Virus record (IMG/VR): IMGVR_UViG_3300025635_000053
Location: 1-40,069 of that record
DNA: 40,069 nucleotides
Direction: 5' to 3' (one strand)
Origin: a virus
Lineage: Duplodnaviria; Caudoviricetes
Of the stretch, positions 9,754 through 18,288 are shown in pieces (position 1 is the first letter of the stretch; every line of letters starts with the position of its first letter). The notes under the pieces are model-generated. The model was given only the letters and a program-made list of their open reading frames with translations, was not told where the DNA came from and made no database searches. The translations under genes and the position numbers were made by a program.

Positions 9754-9976
9754 ACTTACGCTTTGCTGCTGGCTTCTTCTTGACCGCAGCCTTCTTGCGA
9801 GGCTTGGCTGACTCAAAAACGTACTCGTCTTGGTCATCATATAGGTCAAGCATTTCTTTAATGTAGTTCTGTGTGCGCTTGATATTGACACGACGAGCAA
9901 CCTCGATTGATAGGTACTCAACAAAGTCATATAGTGCCAAGGCAATAAACGCTCCTACTGCAATTTCATAAATCAT
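9752..9976 (-). CDS. Small membrane protein with Lys-rich tail
   Basis: N-terminal hydrophobic helix; C-terminus KPRKKAAVKKKPAAKRK; abuts whiB. Confidence 0.65.
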   Translation of the reverse strand: MIYEIAVGAFIALALYDFVEYLSIEVARRVNIKRTQNYIKEMLDLYDDQDEYVFESAKPRKKAAVKKKPAAKRK

Positions 9977-10243
9977 TTATGCTATCCATTTCTCTGAGAC
10001 TAGTACTGGTTCTGGTGTGATATTAAGTTTTTGTCGTAATTCTCTGCGTGTTTTTTCTGATGTCCCACCCCACCAACCTAGCACTGCATGGTGCAAGGCA
10101 TAGTCAAGACACTCGACTCGTACTTGACAGTTACCACATACTCTTTTAAGAAGAGGCATCTGAGGGTAGGTCTTACTTTCATCTGTAAAGAATAGTTCTG
10201 TGTCAATACCGTTGCAATTGGCTTCAGTCGTGAAGTCGTACAT
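9977..10243 (-). CDS. whiB: WhiB-family Fe-S transcription regulator
   Basis: C..DTELFF...CGNCQVRVEC..YAL...GWWGG.SEK.R: four Cys plus the GxWGG turn; GGAGG RBS. Confidence 0.95.
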   Translation of the reverse strand: MYDFTTEANCNGIDTELFFTDESKTYPQMPLLKRVCGNCQVRVECLDYALHHAVLGWWGGTSEKTRRELRQKLNITPEPVLVSEKWIA

Positions 10244-10245
10244 CT

Positions 10246-10407
10246 TTATCCTCCTGTTGAGTAGAAGCCTGGTGCATTAAACTTAATCCCTGGAGCAGAC
10301 CATATGCGCTGCATAGTGCTACTACATGTAGAACAAATCGGTGGTATGTTCTCATTTATTTCTACTACCTCACTACAAGTTGTGCATTTGAAATCATATA
10401 AAGGCAT
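10246..10407 (-). CDS. FmdB-like zinc-ribbon protein, 53 aa (not in ORF track)
   Basis: MPLYDFKCTTC...PPICSTC...MQRIWSAPGIKFNAPGFYSTGG; TAATG-coupled. Confidence 0.85.
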   Translation of the reverse strand: MPLYDFKCTTCSEVVEINENIPPICSTCSSTMQRIWSAPGIKFNAPGFYSTGG

Positions 10408-10604
10408 TACTCGCAATCCATCCAATCAATAGGCGTTGGTGCTGTTGTTACTGTCCCACATTCTTTGCACTTCTGAGCAAGGTCATACCATGATACTTCC
10501 CTTGTCTCTTGGTCCCACATTACAGTAACTTCAAACATAAGACAACCACATATGCAAGCAAATGTAGGTGTCCCTCTTAAGTCATTCGTCTGCTTCATAC
10601 TCAT
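10407..10604 (-). CDS. Zinc-ribbon hypothetical protein
   Basis: DLRG.PTFACICGC...CKECG..TTAPTP; coupled on both sides. Confidence 0.75.
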   Translation of the reverse strand: MSMKQTNDLRGTPTFACICGCLMFEVTVMWDQETREVSWYDLAQKCKECGTVTTAPTPIDWMDCE

Positions 10605-11287
10605 GCATCGTCAGCCACTCTAGATAATTCACTATCATGCTCTGTTCCGCCTTCGCTTTGTGGCTCTGATTCAACATTGTCCGCGTCATGATATGGTCTC
10701 CATCCACCAAGATTTTTAACTAAAGAACCTATTGCTCTTTGAACTTTCATACGTGCGCCATCTGGCGTACTGTCCATCTCTTTTGCTAGTGATGACCAGT
10801 CTGGTTGTTCTATGCTAAAGCGCAAGCGTAATATGTTTTGCTTTGCTTCTGATAGTTTGTAGTAAGCCGATGCTATATCTGAGCGCAATGATAACCAATT
10901 GTTACCATCCGAAATCTCAGTAGATTTAATAGCATTACCTAAGTCTTTAATCTTTGTTGGGATTTCATATGATTCCCCAATGATTGATGGTAAGAAAGCC
11001 TCGATAACAGACACGTCATAGTAGTATAAATCAGACATATCGTATCCAATTTTCTTTGCTTTCTCTTTCTCACAGAACTTAAGAGCAGCGTTACGCAATG
11101 ACTTAGCAATAAGTTTGTCTCGGTCTTTCTGTTCTAACTCAGACCATTCTTTGTACTTGCGCGGATGTCCAACAAACCACACCCACAACTCTTGCCCGAT
11201 GTCATCACGTTCAACCATACTGTATCTACGTGCATATTCAGATGCAAGGTTTTGTACCAAATCGTTATACTCATTAATGTAATTCAT
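10601..11287 (-). CDS. Sigma-factor-like / HTH transcription protein
   Basis: Region-2-like LASEYARRYSMVERDDIGQELWVWF and region-4-like LSEAKQNILRLRF...LAKEMDSTPDGARMKVQRAIGSL. Confidence 0.75.
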   Translation of the reverse strand: MNYINEYNDLVQNLASEYARRYSMVERDDIGQELWVWFVGHPRKYKEWSELEQKDRDKLIAKSLRNAALKFCEKEKAKKIGYDMSDLYYYDVSVIEAFLPSIIGESYEIPTKIKDLGNAIKSTEISDGNNWLSLRSDIASAYYKLSEAKQNILRLRFSIEQPDWSSLAKEMDSTPDGARMKVQRAIGSLVKNLGGWRPYHDADNVESEPQSEGGTEHDSELSRVADDA

Positions 11288-12024
11288 TAGGGCAAGATTA
11301 CCTCGCCATTAATAATTGGCACAGCATAAGGCACTACCTTCTTGTTGTCCTCCACCAAGATGCCAATGCCTTGCTGCCAATTAGCGGTGCCTGCTGATAG
11401 GTAATCAGCCTGCTTTATGTCCATCATATGCCCGACTTCTAATCCGAATAAGGTAGATGTTTTACCATAGAAGCCGACAGTTTCATGTTGTAAACCAACT
11501 CTATGCGTGTGTCCACACACAATTGATTTGCCTAGACGTTTTGCTAATGACAGTGCTGTGCTTCCTGGAGTCTGAGATAACTTACCCTCATCTCCATGCG
11601 CCATAACCCAACCAGGTAGTAACTCATGCATCTTATGTAAGTAAGTTACCCCTAAAGAGTTATACCCCAGTAGTTCTTCAATCTCTAATGACTTGAGACT
11701 GCTGAACGCTGGGGCATACTTACGAATATAAGTATCAATACGGTCCGTGTGATTAGACCGTTGGATATAGAATGGTTTCTTGCCTAGTGCTTTTTTAAAT
11801 CGAGATACAATTTCTTGTGTATCATCTATGCCTTGCTGAAGAGTACCTGCGTACTCGCCAGCCATGCCTTTGTTCCAACGACTAGGTTCTGGTGCATCTA
11901 GTTCATCGCCAACACACCAGAGTTCATCTGGTTTGTAGTACTTAACAAAGTCTATAACGGCATCTACTGTTTTGTTGTCTTGATAAGGAATCTGTAAGTC
12001 ACTAAGGACGACGACTCTCTTCAT
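11287..12024 (-). CDS. Calcineurin-like metallophosphoesterase
   Basis: SDLQIP, VGDELD, SNH, HGD and GHTH motifs; likely start ATG 12024 (MKRVVVLSD). Confidence 0.88.
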   Translation of the reverse strand: MKRVVVLSDLQIPYQDNKTVDAVIDFVKYYKPDELWCVGDELDAPEPSRWNKGMAGEYAGTLQQGIDDTQEIVSRFKKALGKKPFYIQRSNHTDRIDTYIRKYAPAFSSLKSLEIEELLGYNSLGVTYLHKMHELLPGWVMAHGDEGKLSQTPGSTALSLAKRLGKSIVCGHTHRVGLQHETVGFYGKTSTLFGLEVGHMMDIKQADYLSAGTANWQQGIGILVEDNKKVVPYAVPIINGEVILP

Positions 12025-12316
12025 AACTGTCTCCGTTTGACACGCCAGCCCACTGATTGCGCTGAACAAGTAAACCAATTATAGCGTAGTTTGCAAGGTC
12101 AAGTAGAGTATCTTCAATTGATTCATACTTTGGCGTGTCGCCAGTATCTAACAAGTTATTAAGTCTTGCCAACTTGTCATACATGCGCACACGCAGTCCG
12201 TTCATCGGACCGCCAGGTGCGCCTGCAATATTCATAGGACCGTAGTCTTTATGCTTGTCGTAAAGGGTCTGAAGTAGGTGATTTACAATGACTTTAGCGT
12301 CATCAGGATTTTTCAT
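12002..12316 (-). CDS. DUF1599-like (nucleotide-modification-associated) protein
   Basis: KHKDYG...RMYDKLARL...ESIEDTLLDLANYAII pattern. Confidence 0.75.
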   Translation of the reverse strand: MKNPDDAKVIVNHLLQTLYDKHKDYGPMNIAGAPGGPMNGLRVRMYDKLARLNNLLDTGDTPKYESIEDTLLDLANYAIIGLLVQRNQWAGVSNGDSYEESRRP

Positions 12317-12611
12317 TTAATATGTTTTCGATTCCCTTATCAAAGTTTTGCATGGTGTCCTTCACCATAAACTCTTCAAAGACTAGGTCTGCCTTGTCGT
12401 CTTTAACTGCTGTCAGAATTGCAGCCAATCCTATAAGTAACTCTTTGCCACCTTGTGGATTGTCCTCAAGTGTATTATAAATGTCTTGCAATGCACCTAA
12501 GATATTGAGTACGCGTGTCTCTGACACGGGTATCCCAACTGTGTATTGCATATGATTAATGTGGTCCCAAATACTTTCATCCAGCGGAAATGCACTCGTT
12601 GATTCGCTCAT
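12303..12611 (-). CDS. Hypothetical protein
   Basis: 102 aa ORF overlapping both neighbours in the operon. Confidence 0.65.
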   Translation of the reverse strand: MSESTSAFPLDESIWDHINHMQYTVGIPVSETRVLNILGALQDIYNTLEDNPQGGKELLIGLAAILTAVKDDKADLVFEEFMVKDTMQNFDKGIENILNEKS

Positions 12612-13209
12612 CTACCCACTCGCTCCCTCTCTTGACCATCATGCTGTTAACGTCTTCGCCTTCAGGCATGCTGATGATATTGACATTACCTAGTTCTCTA
12701 CTTATTTTCTTGCCGAACTCTAACCCTGCTGCATCTCCATCTGCTAGCACAATAACTATCTCGAAGTCATCTAGTATCTTTGCATAGTGTGGCTTCCAAT
12801 TGTTTGCACCTGGAATACCAATGGTTGGATGCTGCGTCTTAACGCTCATCATAATACAGTCGAACTCACCTTCGGTAACGCAGATATATTTATCTGCAAC
12901 AAAGCAAGCCTTAGTATTAAACATTGTAGTTTTAGCACCAACTAATCCCATGTACTTAGGGTCTTCACCATTCATTGCACGGAATCGTATATCAACTACA
13001 CCTGATGGTGTTATGTATGGGATTGCTAGTCTACCTTTATATGGTTCATGACCTGGAAGAGGGTCTTCGACCACTCCCAGATGAAATATGTTTGCCTCTT
13101 CTACCGAGAGATGACGGCTTGACAGATACTCTGTTGCTAGTTCTATCGTTCCCCCGTATCTCTGTGTTGCCTGAAGCAAGAACTGACGTTGCGAACTTGA
13201 CAGCCTCAC
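12577..13209 (-). CDS. DNA primase, catalytic/TOPRIM part
   Basis: GRLAIPY, DIRFR, PKY, VTEGEFD, GIPGA, ADGDAAG; likely GTG start at 13209 after AAGGAAGGTGG. Confidence 0.9.
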   Translation of the reverse strand: MRLSSSQRQFLLQATQRYGGTIELATEYLSSRHLSVEEANIFHLGVVEDPLPGHEPYKGRLAIPYITPSGVVDIRFRAMNGEDPKYMGLVGAKTTMFNTKACFVADKYICVTEGEFDCIMMSVKTQHPTIGIPGANNWKPHYAKILDDFEIVIVLADGDAAGLEFGKKISRELGNVNIISMPEGEDVNSMMVKRGSEWVDERINECISAG

Positions 13210-13420
13210 GGTAATCGCCACCTTCCTTATACATAATTAGAGAAAAGGTATCGCCCTTGACACCACAGCCGTGGCATACAAAGGCGTTCTTATCAAAGTT
13301 TACTGCTGCACTTGCATGTGTATCTATATGGAACGGACACTTCATCTTGCGCCAACCGCTGCCCATAGCGGGCACGGTTGCGCCTATGTAATGAAGATAT
13401 TCTTCAATGCTTGGTTTCAC
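13046..13420 (-). CDS. DNA primase, CHC2 zinc-binding part
   Basis: CPFH..THAS...FVCHGCGVKGD.FSLIM..EG..YREA. Confidence 0.88.
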   Translation of the reverse strand: MKPSIEEYLHYIGATVPAMGSGWRKMKCPFHIDTHASAAVNFDKNAFVCHGCGVKGDTFSLIMYKEGGDYREAVKFATSVLASGNTEIRGNDRTSNRVSVKPSSLGRRGKHISSGSGRRPSSRS

Positions 13421-13754
13421 CTATGGCTCTTTTCAATAAGTCTAACCACACATGTCCAGGCATGGTGCAGTACCACTCGCTTGGGCTCCGCTTCCCTTTA
13501 CGTTTGTGCCACACCACGCCTGTCCATGCCCCGTCATTGCTCATTTCAACGAGCAATTCTTCTAGCCAACCAGCCAAGTTCATCTTGGCATGATTCTTGA
13601 TTTCGATTGTAACTCCAGGTATACCTGAGATGTCACCTTTATCTAAGGTAGCACCAGCCAATCGTCTATCAGCATACTTGAAGCCATTCTCTTTGAGGTA
13701 TGCAACTACATCTCTCTCTGCTCCACTGCCTTTAGCCTTGGCTGCACTACTCAT
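13404..13754 (-). CDS. Holliday junction resolvase-like PD-(D/E)XK nuclease
   Basis: KAKGSGAERDV...GDISG...IEIKN motif. Confidence 0.8.
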   Translation of the reverse strand: MSSAAKAKGSGAERDVVAYLKENGFKYADRRLAGATLDKGDISGIPGVTIEIKNHAKMNLAGWLEELLVEMSNDGAWTGVVWHKRKGKRSPSEWYCTMPGHVWLDLLKRAIGETKH

Positions 13755-14566
13755 ACTGTCATCTCTACCTGTCTATAGTCACGGACTACATCTTCAAGAT
13801 ACATAGAGCCAGGCTCAAATGATAATGAAAGATATGTAGCACCAGTATGGTCTGCTTTACCATAGCGATTCTTGACAGCGGCTACACACAAGTATGCATC
13901 TTGCCCCTGCATCATCTGACCTACGGTTAGAACCATTGCTGGAATTTGTGCAACCTTACCTTGCAACGCAGAACGTGGCTGACAAGGGAAACCTTGTGCG
14001 CCTTCCTGTGTATGGTGCAAGACAAGGACTGCTGCATTGGTATCACGTGCAAGATATTTTAACTCTTTCATAACTTGACGCATACCAGCAAACTCTTCAT
14101 GCCCATCAATTGCAATATCCATAAGGTTATCTACAACTATAAGTGTTGGGCTTCTACCCCACATGGTTTCAAATGCAGATACTTCTTCATCTAAATCCTT
14201 AAGGGTAGGGCTAGGCTCAAAGGACCAGTAAAGATTACTAAACTCTCGAAGGAGTCCTTCTGCTTTAACTGGGTCTGTCTTGAGCATGTACTCAGCATGA
14301 GCCTGAGTAATCTTAGCCTTCATAGCAAGCAAACGCATTGCCATTGTATGTGCATTGGTATCAGCAGAAAAATATAATGTCGGTTGTTTTAGTCTTGCTG
14401 CGATATGCAATGCAATAGATGACTTACCTGCGCCTGGAGTACCTGCTATGACGGTGACTTCTGCTCGACGCAGAATGATTCCTTCTCGCTGGAAAGCCTG
14501 AAAAGGTGGGGGTAATGGTTCTCCCCCCACCTCTGGCTTGCCGATACTACGGCGTAATGTTTTCAT
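13751..14566 (-). CDS. DnaB/RecA-like helicase (ATPase domain only)
   Basis: Walker A GTPGAGKS, Walker B LIVVDNL, LKYLAR, VKNRYG. Confidence 0.88.
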   Translation of the reverse strand: MKTLRRSIGKPEVGGEPLPPPFQAFQREGIILRRAEVTVIAGTPGAGKSSIALHIAARLKQPTLYFSADTNAHTMAMRLLAMKAKITQAHAEYMLKTDPVKAEGLLREFSNLYWSFEPSPTLKDLDEEVSAFETMWGRSPTLIVVDNLMDIAIDGHEEFAGMRQVMKELKYLARDTNAAVLVLHHTQEGAQGFPCQPRSALQGKVAQIPAMVLTVGQMMQGQDAYLCVAAVKNRYGKADHTGATYLSLSFEPGSMYLEDVVRDYRQVEMTV

Positions 14567-15022
14567 TTATCCCTTTGTGTTATCTGGCTGGAATGTATTC
14601 CACTCAGGCTGGTTCTGCTTAACATACTGGGTTGTGCACTTAGTTGGGTCGCCTTGCTGTGCTGGACAGAAGTGACCCTTGTATGGACCGAACTTACCTG
14701 TTAGTCCATGAATACGTGTCATTGTTCCGTGAGGACACATGCGCTGTCCGCCACCGTTACCTGCTGGTGCTCCAATACTCTGTTCAGATACGACAACACC
14801 GCCTAGTGCGTTGGCTGCATATGCAACTGCTGGTGATGGTGGTACTGCTGCATTGCCTGCTCCACGTACATTAGTTTCAATCTCTTTGACTGCATCTGCA
14901 ATTGCAAAGATACCTTGTGCTACTAGGTTGCCTAAATCTTCTGCTGTTTCTGCACGCAGTGTAACCAATGTACCTGCTGCTGTCTTAGCAGTGATGCTGA
15001 TAGGTGCTTCTGTTGATGACAT
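14567..15022 (-). CDS. Hypothetical replication-module protein with C-terminal Cys/His motif
   Basis: AAGGAG RBS; CPHG.M...GPYKGHFCP...C. Confidence 0.7.
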   Translation of the reverse strand: MSSTEAPISITAKTAAGTLVTLRAETAEDLGNLVAQGIFAIADAVKEIETNVRGAGNAAVPPSPAVAYAANALGGVVVSEQSIGAPAGNGGGQRMCPHGTMTRIHGLTGKFGPYKGHFCPAQQGDPTKCTTQYVKQNQPEWNTFQPDNTKG

Positions 15023-15023
15023 A

Positions 15024-15797
15024 TTACTCCTTGATTGATGTGACGAGATTTTTCTTTGTGTCTCTGAAGGCTCTCACCTTCATCGCTAATTGTATACCCT
15101 TCCAACCTTCTTTAATATCTACGAAATGTAATTCGCATTTACCTGAACCTGCTGGAAGATGGACGATGATTCCCTTGTCTTGGTTAACGTCGCCCCAACT
15201 GCCACGGGTTGCCGTAGCAGGGTCATACGGCAAGCCGTGTGCATAGACTGCTAGTTGCATCGCTATCTTGTTTGGATAAGAGATGCTACCAGTTTTAAGG
15301 TCAGAGATAAACAGTTCACCTTTGTATCTAACTATGCGGTCTGGTGTTCCTGCTATCTTGAACTTGTCTAGTACACAAAACTGTTCGATGTTTACATTCT
15401 CAAAGTCTTTAGTTGCGTCAGCATATGCTTGTATATCTGCAACATAATCCTCTGGTATTACGCCTAAGTCCTGACCTCTATCGTACTTCTCTGTCAGTGT
15501 ATGGATGGCTGTTCCAATTGTTGCCTGCTTGGTAGCACCTGCTGCTTCCATTGCATCTTCAACCAACTTGTCCATCTCCAACTTGTTGTCACGTTGTGCT
15601 GATGCAGCAAGCAATAGGTCAGGTCGTAATGTTAAACCTGCTGCAGCCATACGTAACTTCCATGCTACTAGTGCAGTGCCATCATCTAATGAACCTGCAA
15701 CTGTAGTAGTACGTGTATACGGAACTGGCTTACCGCCTTTAGGCGGAACAACCATTGGTCTACCGTATCTATCTCTTGGTATTTCTACTTCTGCCAT
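15024..15797 (-). CDS. RecB/Cas4-like PD-(D/E)XK exonuclease
   Basis: GTAIH, IAGTPDRIV, SDLKTG and QLAVY motifs; AAGGAG RBS. Confidence 0.85.
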   Translation of the reverse strand: MAEVEIPRDRYGRPMVVPPKGGKPVPYTRTTTVAGSLDDGTALVAWKLRMAAAGLTLRPDLLLAASAQRDNKLEMDKLVEDAMEAAGATKQATIGTAIHTLTEKYDRGQDLGVIPEDYVADIQAYADATKDFENVNIEQFCVLDKFKIAGTPDRIVRYKGELFISDLKTGSISYPNKIAMQLAVYAHGLPYDPATATRGSWGDVNQDKGIIVHLPAGSGKCELHFVDIKEGWKGIQLAMKVRAFRDTKKNLVTSIKE

Positions 15798-15800
15798 ACG

Positions 15801-15867
15801 TCTCCTTTGATTAAGAACTAGCGGGGGTAGGACAAGGAGAGAGCCAAAAACCTACCGCCCACTAGTT
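15801..15867 (-). promoter_or_regulatory. Structured leader: hairpin whose loop is complementary to the exonuclease RBS
   Basis: Stem 15816-15831/15851-15867; loop TCTCCTT (- strand, 15840-15834) complements AAGGAGA (- strand, 15807-15801). Confidence 0.5.
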
Positions 15868-15891
15868 GCCCCATCTTAGCATAGTGAACGG

Positions 15892-16266
15892 CTATGCATT
15901 GATGTCATTGCCGCAATGCGGACAAAACTTTTCTTTCTTTTTGTATGGTTCTACTTTAACTTCATCTCTGAAGTTTTGATGCACATATACTTTGCATCTG
16001 TTACGTGTTGTATATGTACGTACTACTGCACCTGATTGGTGCAGTACTGAAAGAATACCACTACATGTACCATGATGCCAACCTGTTTCAGTTGCTATCT
16101 CTTTCCATGTAGCACCTTCAGTGCCTCTGTTTTTTAATATGCTTAACGCTAACTGCTGGTTGTTTAATTCCCGACCAGAGTGAATATTATCTAGCGCTCT
16201 CTGTCTAGATGTATCTGTACCTGACCAACCAGCAGTACCGTTGTATGGTACGTATGCTGATGACAT
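15892..16266 (-). CDS. Putative winged-HTH protein with C-terminal CPHC
   Basis: GATWKEIATETGWHHGTCSGILSVLH helix-turn-helix-like segment. Confidence 0.6.
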   Translation of the reverse strand: MSSAYVPYNGTAGWSGTDTSRQRALDNIHSGRELNNQQLALSILKNRGTEGATWKEIATETGWHHGTCSGILSVLHQSGAVVRTYTTRNRCKVYVHQNFRDEVKVEPYKKKEKFCPHCGNDINA

Positions 16267-16697
16267 TAGTTATCTTCTTCTACATCATGGACTTCAATGT
16301 TATCTACATCCATATCAGCAGACCAGTTGGAGATTTCAGTATTGTTTACAATTACATCTTCAACTTCATCTTCATCTTCTACTTCGATATTAAATGTTCC
16401 TGTAATAGTGAAGGTTCCACGATATGTTGTGGTGAGTTTGTTGCTGCCGATACGTTCGAGTAGGTCATTGACCTCAGGCTTGTTGACTGTCTGCTCACCG
16501 TCTGACCATTCACCTTCACTGAAGAAGTCACGTACGTTATTACGTAGGTCACGGATGTCTTTGCGCTGTTGGTCGTTGACTTGTTGGATTGCATCTACTT
16601 CCTGTGCTCTCTTCTTGAAATGAATTACTTCTGCTTCGGTATATGTAACTGTGTTTACTTGACCATCTGTTTCTGTATTGATTGTGATTGTGTTCAT
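16266..16697 (-). CDS. Hypothetical acidic protein
   Basis: GAGAGGG RBS; 143 aa; TAATG-coupled to the next gene. Confidence 0.7.
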   Translation of the reverse strand: MNTITINTETDGQVNTVTYTEAEVIHFKKRAQEVDAIQQVNDQQRKDIRDLRNNVRDFFSEGEWSDGEQTVNKPEVNDLLERIGSNKLTTTYRGTFTITGTFNIEVEDEDEVEDVIVNNTEISNWSADMDVDNIEVHDVEEDN

Positions 16698-16699
16698 GT

Positions 16700-16896
16700 T
16701 TCCCTCTCGTTGTTTGGATGAGCAGTTTAATCACATGCTCAGGTGAGGCATAAACTACCTGCATCTCGGTCTTCACGCGGGACCTTACGCTGGTTCACTA
16801 TGCCAATGGCGGTACTGACTACAGTACTCTTACTCGGGTATCATTGCGAGCCAATTGGTGTGTACTTCCTACCACCCCTGGTGGTTGGCACCAATA
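16700..16896 (-). ncRNA. Candidate structured intergenic RNA / leader ending in an H-type pseudoknot
   Basis: Consecutive stems (ATTGGTG/CACCAAT, CTCG/CGAG, GTACTG/CAGTAC, GGCATA/TATGCC), then TCAC-CTGAGCAT-GTGA-TTAAAC-TGCTCA. Confidence 0.45.
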
Positions 16897-17919
16897 CTAT
16901 GCAAGCACTAGGCTTAGTGCTTTGCTTTTGATTTTGTCGCTGCGTCCACTGAGGGTGGCAACGGCGAGCCGTTCGGAGCCACCCGATGCATGATGGTCAG
17001 CATATTCTACTACTGCTTGCCATGCACCAAACGCTGTGCCTCGAATGTTGGCTTGTGTTTCTGATTCATTGTATACTTGCCATGCTTTATCACGTGCAGT
17101 AATAGCAAGAGTCTGTTGTCTACGCTCACCTTGTGTGAGCATGTGGTATGGCTTGTCCTCTACTGTAGAAGGCAATGCCCATACACGCTTGAAGTAATCA
17201 CGCACTTGTGCTGATGATACTTCACGTTGTAGTAGACCACTTGCTGTCTGCTCGTACTCATCAATGGCTTGATATGTAAGTTGTGTGATGTTACGAATAT
17301 CATTTACAGATAACTCTGAGTTAGTTGTATGCTTCATGACATAAGTAAAGTCATTTGTTTTCTTGCCTTTAACTAATGTATTAATTTGATTGGCACAAAA
17401 CAAGCGCTCAATGATAGGACGGATACGTACTGCGCATGAACCATCATGTGATGATTGAACTAGTAAGAACGCAGCATGTGGGTCATTGGCTACGTTTACA
17501 CCAAGAGGTAGTTCCATAACCATCCAGATGTTAGCACCATTGTTATACTCACCTGCTGCTGTATAGCGTGCATCACCTGAATCTACTAGTGTATCTAGCG
17601 CACTAAATACTTCCATGTTTTGTACTACCTTATACTTGTCACCGACTACACCAATGACTTCATTGGTATTATCCTTGCCAAGTTTAATTACTGCCTGCTT
17701 CTTAGGTACAGGGTAGTAATCTGTCACTGACTCAAAGTCATTGACCTTATTGGAAACATATGCCTGCATATCTGCAAGCATTACATTCCAGTCAAGACCA
17801 GCCTGTCGTGCTGCTTCTGATGCAGAGCCAGCGTTAACAGCAGTGCCTGCTTTTACCCAAGCCTGCTTGTTTAGTTTAGCAATTGCTTTATTGTTATATG
17901 ACTCGCTAACTTCTATCAT
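16897..17919 (-). CDS. DUF932-family (phage/plasmid) protein
   Basis: AGLDWNV, IGVVGDKYKVVQN, SSHDGS, PIIERLFCANQ, KHT, GTAFGAWQAVVEYADH; likely start 17919 after AAGGGAG. Confidence 0.88.
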   Translation of the reverse strand: MIEVSESYNNKAIAKLNKQAWVKAGTAVNAGSASEAARQAGLDWNVMLADMQAYVSNKVNDFESVTDYYPVPKKQAVIKLGKDNTNEVIGVVGDKYKVVQNMEVFSALDTLVDSGDARYTAAGEYNNGANIWMVMELPLGVNVANDPHAAFLLVQSSHDGSCAVRIRPIIERLFCANQINTLVKGKKTNDFTYVMKHTTNSELSVNDIRNITQLTYQAIDEYEQTASGLLQREVSSAQVRDYFKRVWALPSTVEDKPYHMLTQGERRQQTLAITARDKAWQVYNESETQANIRGTAFGAWQAVVEYADHHASGGSERLAVATLSGRSDKIKSKALSLVLA

Positions 17920-17929
17920 TGCTCTCCCT

Positions 17930-18286
17930 TTACCATGATGCCTGATACTCAAACCGAGCATCGTCGTCTGTTTCATTTATAATTGTATTTAGTTTTTCAA
18001 GTGTGGATTTTATATCATCCCAATACCACTCGTCAATCTCTGTACTGCCAAAGAAGAAGCCACTTGTTGGAGGTAGTAGTTCCCATGCCATGTCTTGTGT
18101 GCCTTCATCTAGTACCTTCTGGCAGTCGTCTCGCAACTGAACAATGTCCATCTTGGTAAGATGAATAGGTGTGCAGTCATCTACTGACTTAGTAGTTCCG
18201 ATAATCCAACCATGAATAGCATTAGCCTTACGCCAATAGGCTACTTCATGTGTATCTTTTTGATATAAATACATGTCAAGACCCAT
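17930..18286 (-). CDS. Conserved phage hypothetical protein
   Basis: MGLDMYLY...AYWRKANAIHGW...LLPPTSGFFFGS...YQASW, a family recurrent in phage early regions. Confidence 0.75.
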   Translation of the reverse strand: MGLDMYLYQKDTHEVAYWRKANAIHGWIIGTTKSVDDCTPIHLTKMDIVQLRDDCQKVLDEGTQDMAWELLPPTSGFFFGSTEIDEWYWDDIKSTLEKLNTIINETDDDARFEYQASW

Positions 18287-18288
18287 GA

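Noticed and set aside
15024-15797. Cas4 implying a CRISPR system
   Set aside because: No array or other cas genes; this is a standard phage PD-(D/E)XK exonuclease.
15879-16803. 11-bp inverted repeat GCATAGTGAAC flanking two genes (invertible segment)
   Set aside because: Short enough to arise by chance, each copy is part of a local hairpin, and no invertase was seen.
16700-16896. tRNA or hammerhead ribozyme
   Set aside because: No cloverleaf or T-loop; CTGAG/AAAC resembles but does not match the CUGANGA/GAAA core.
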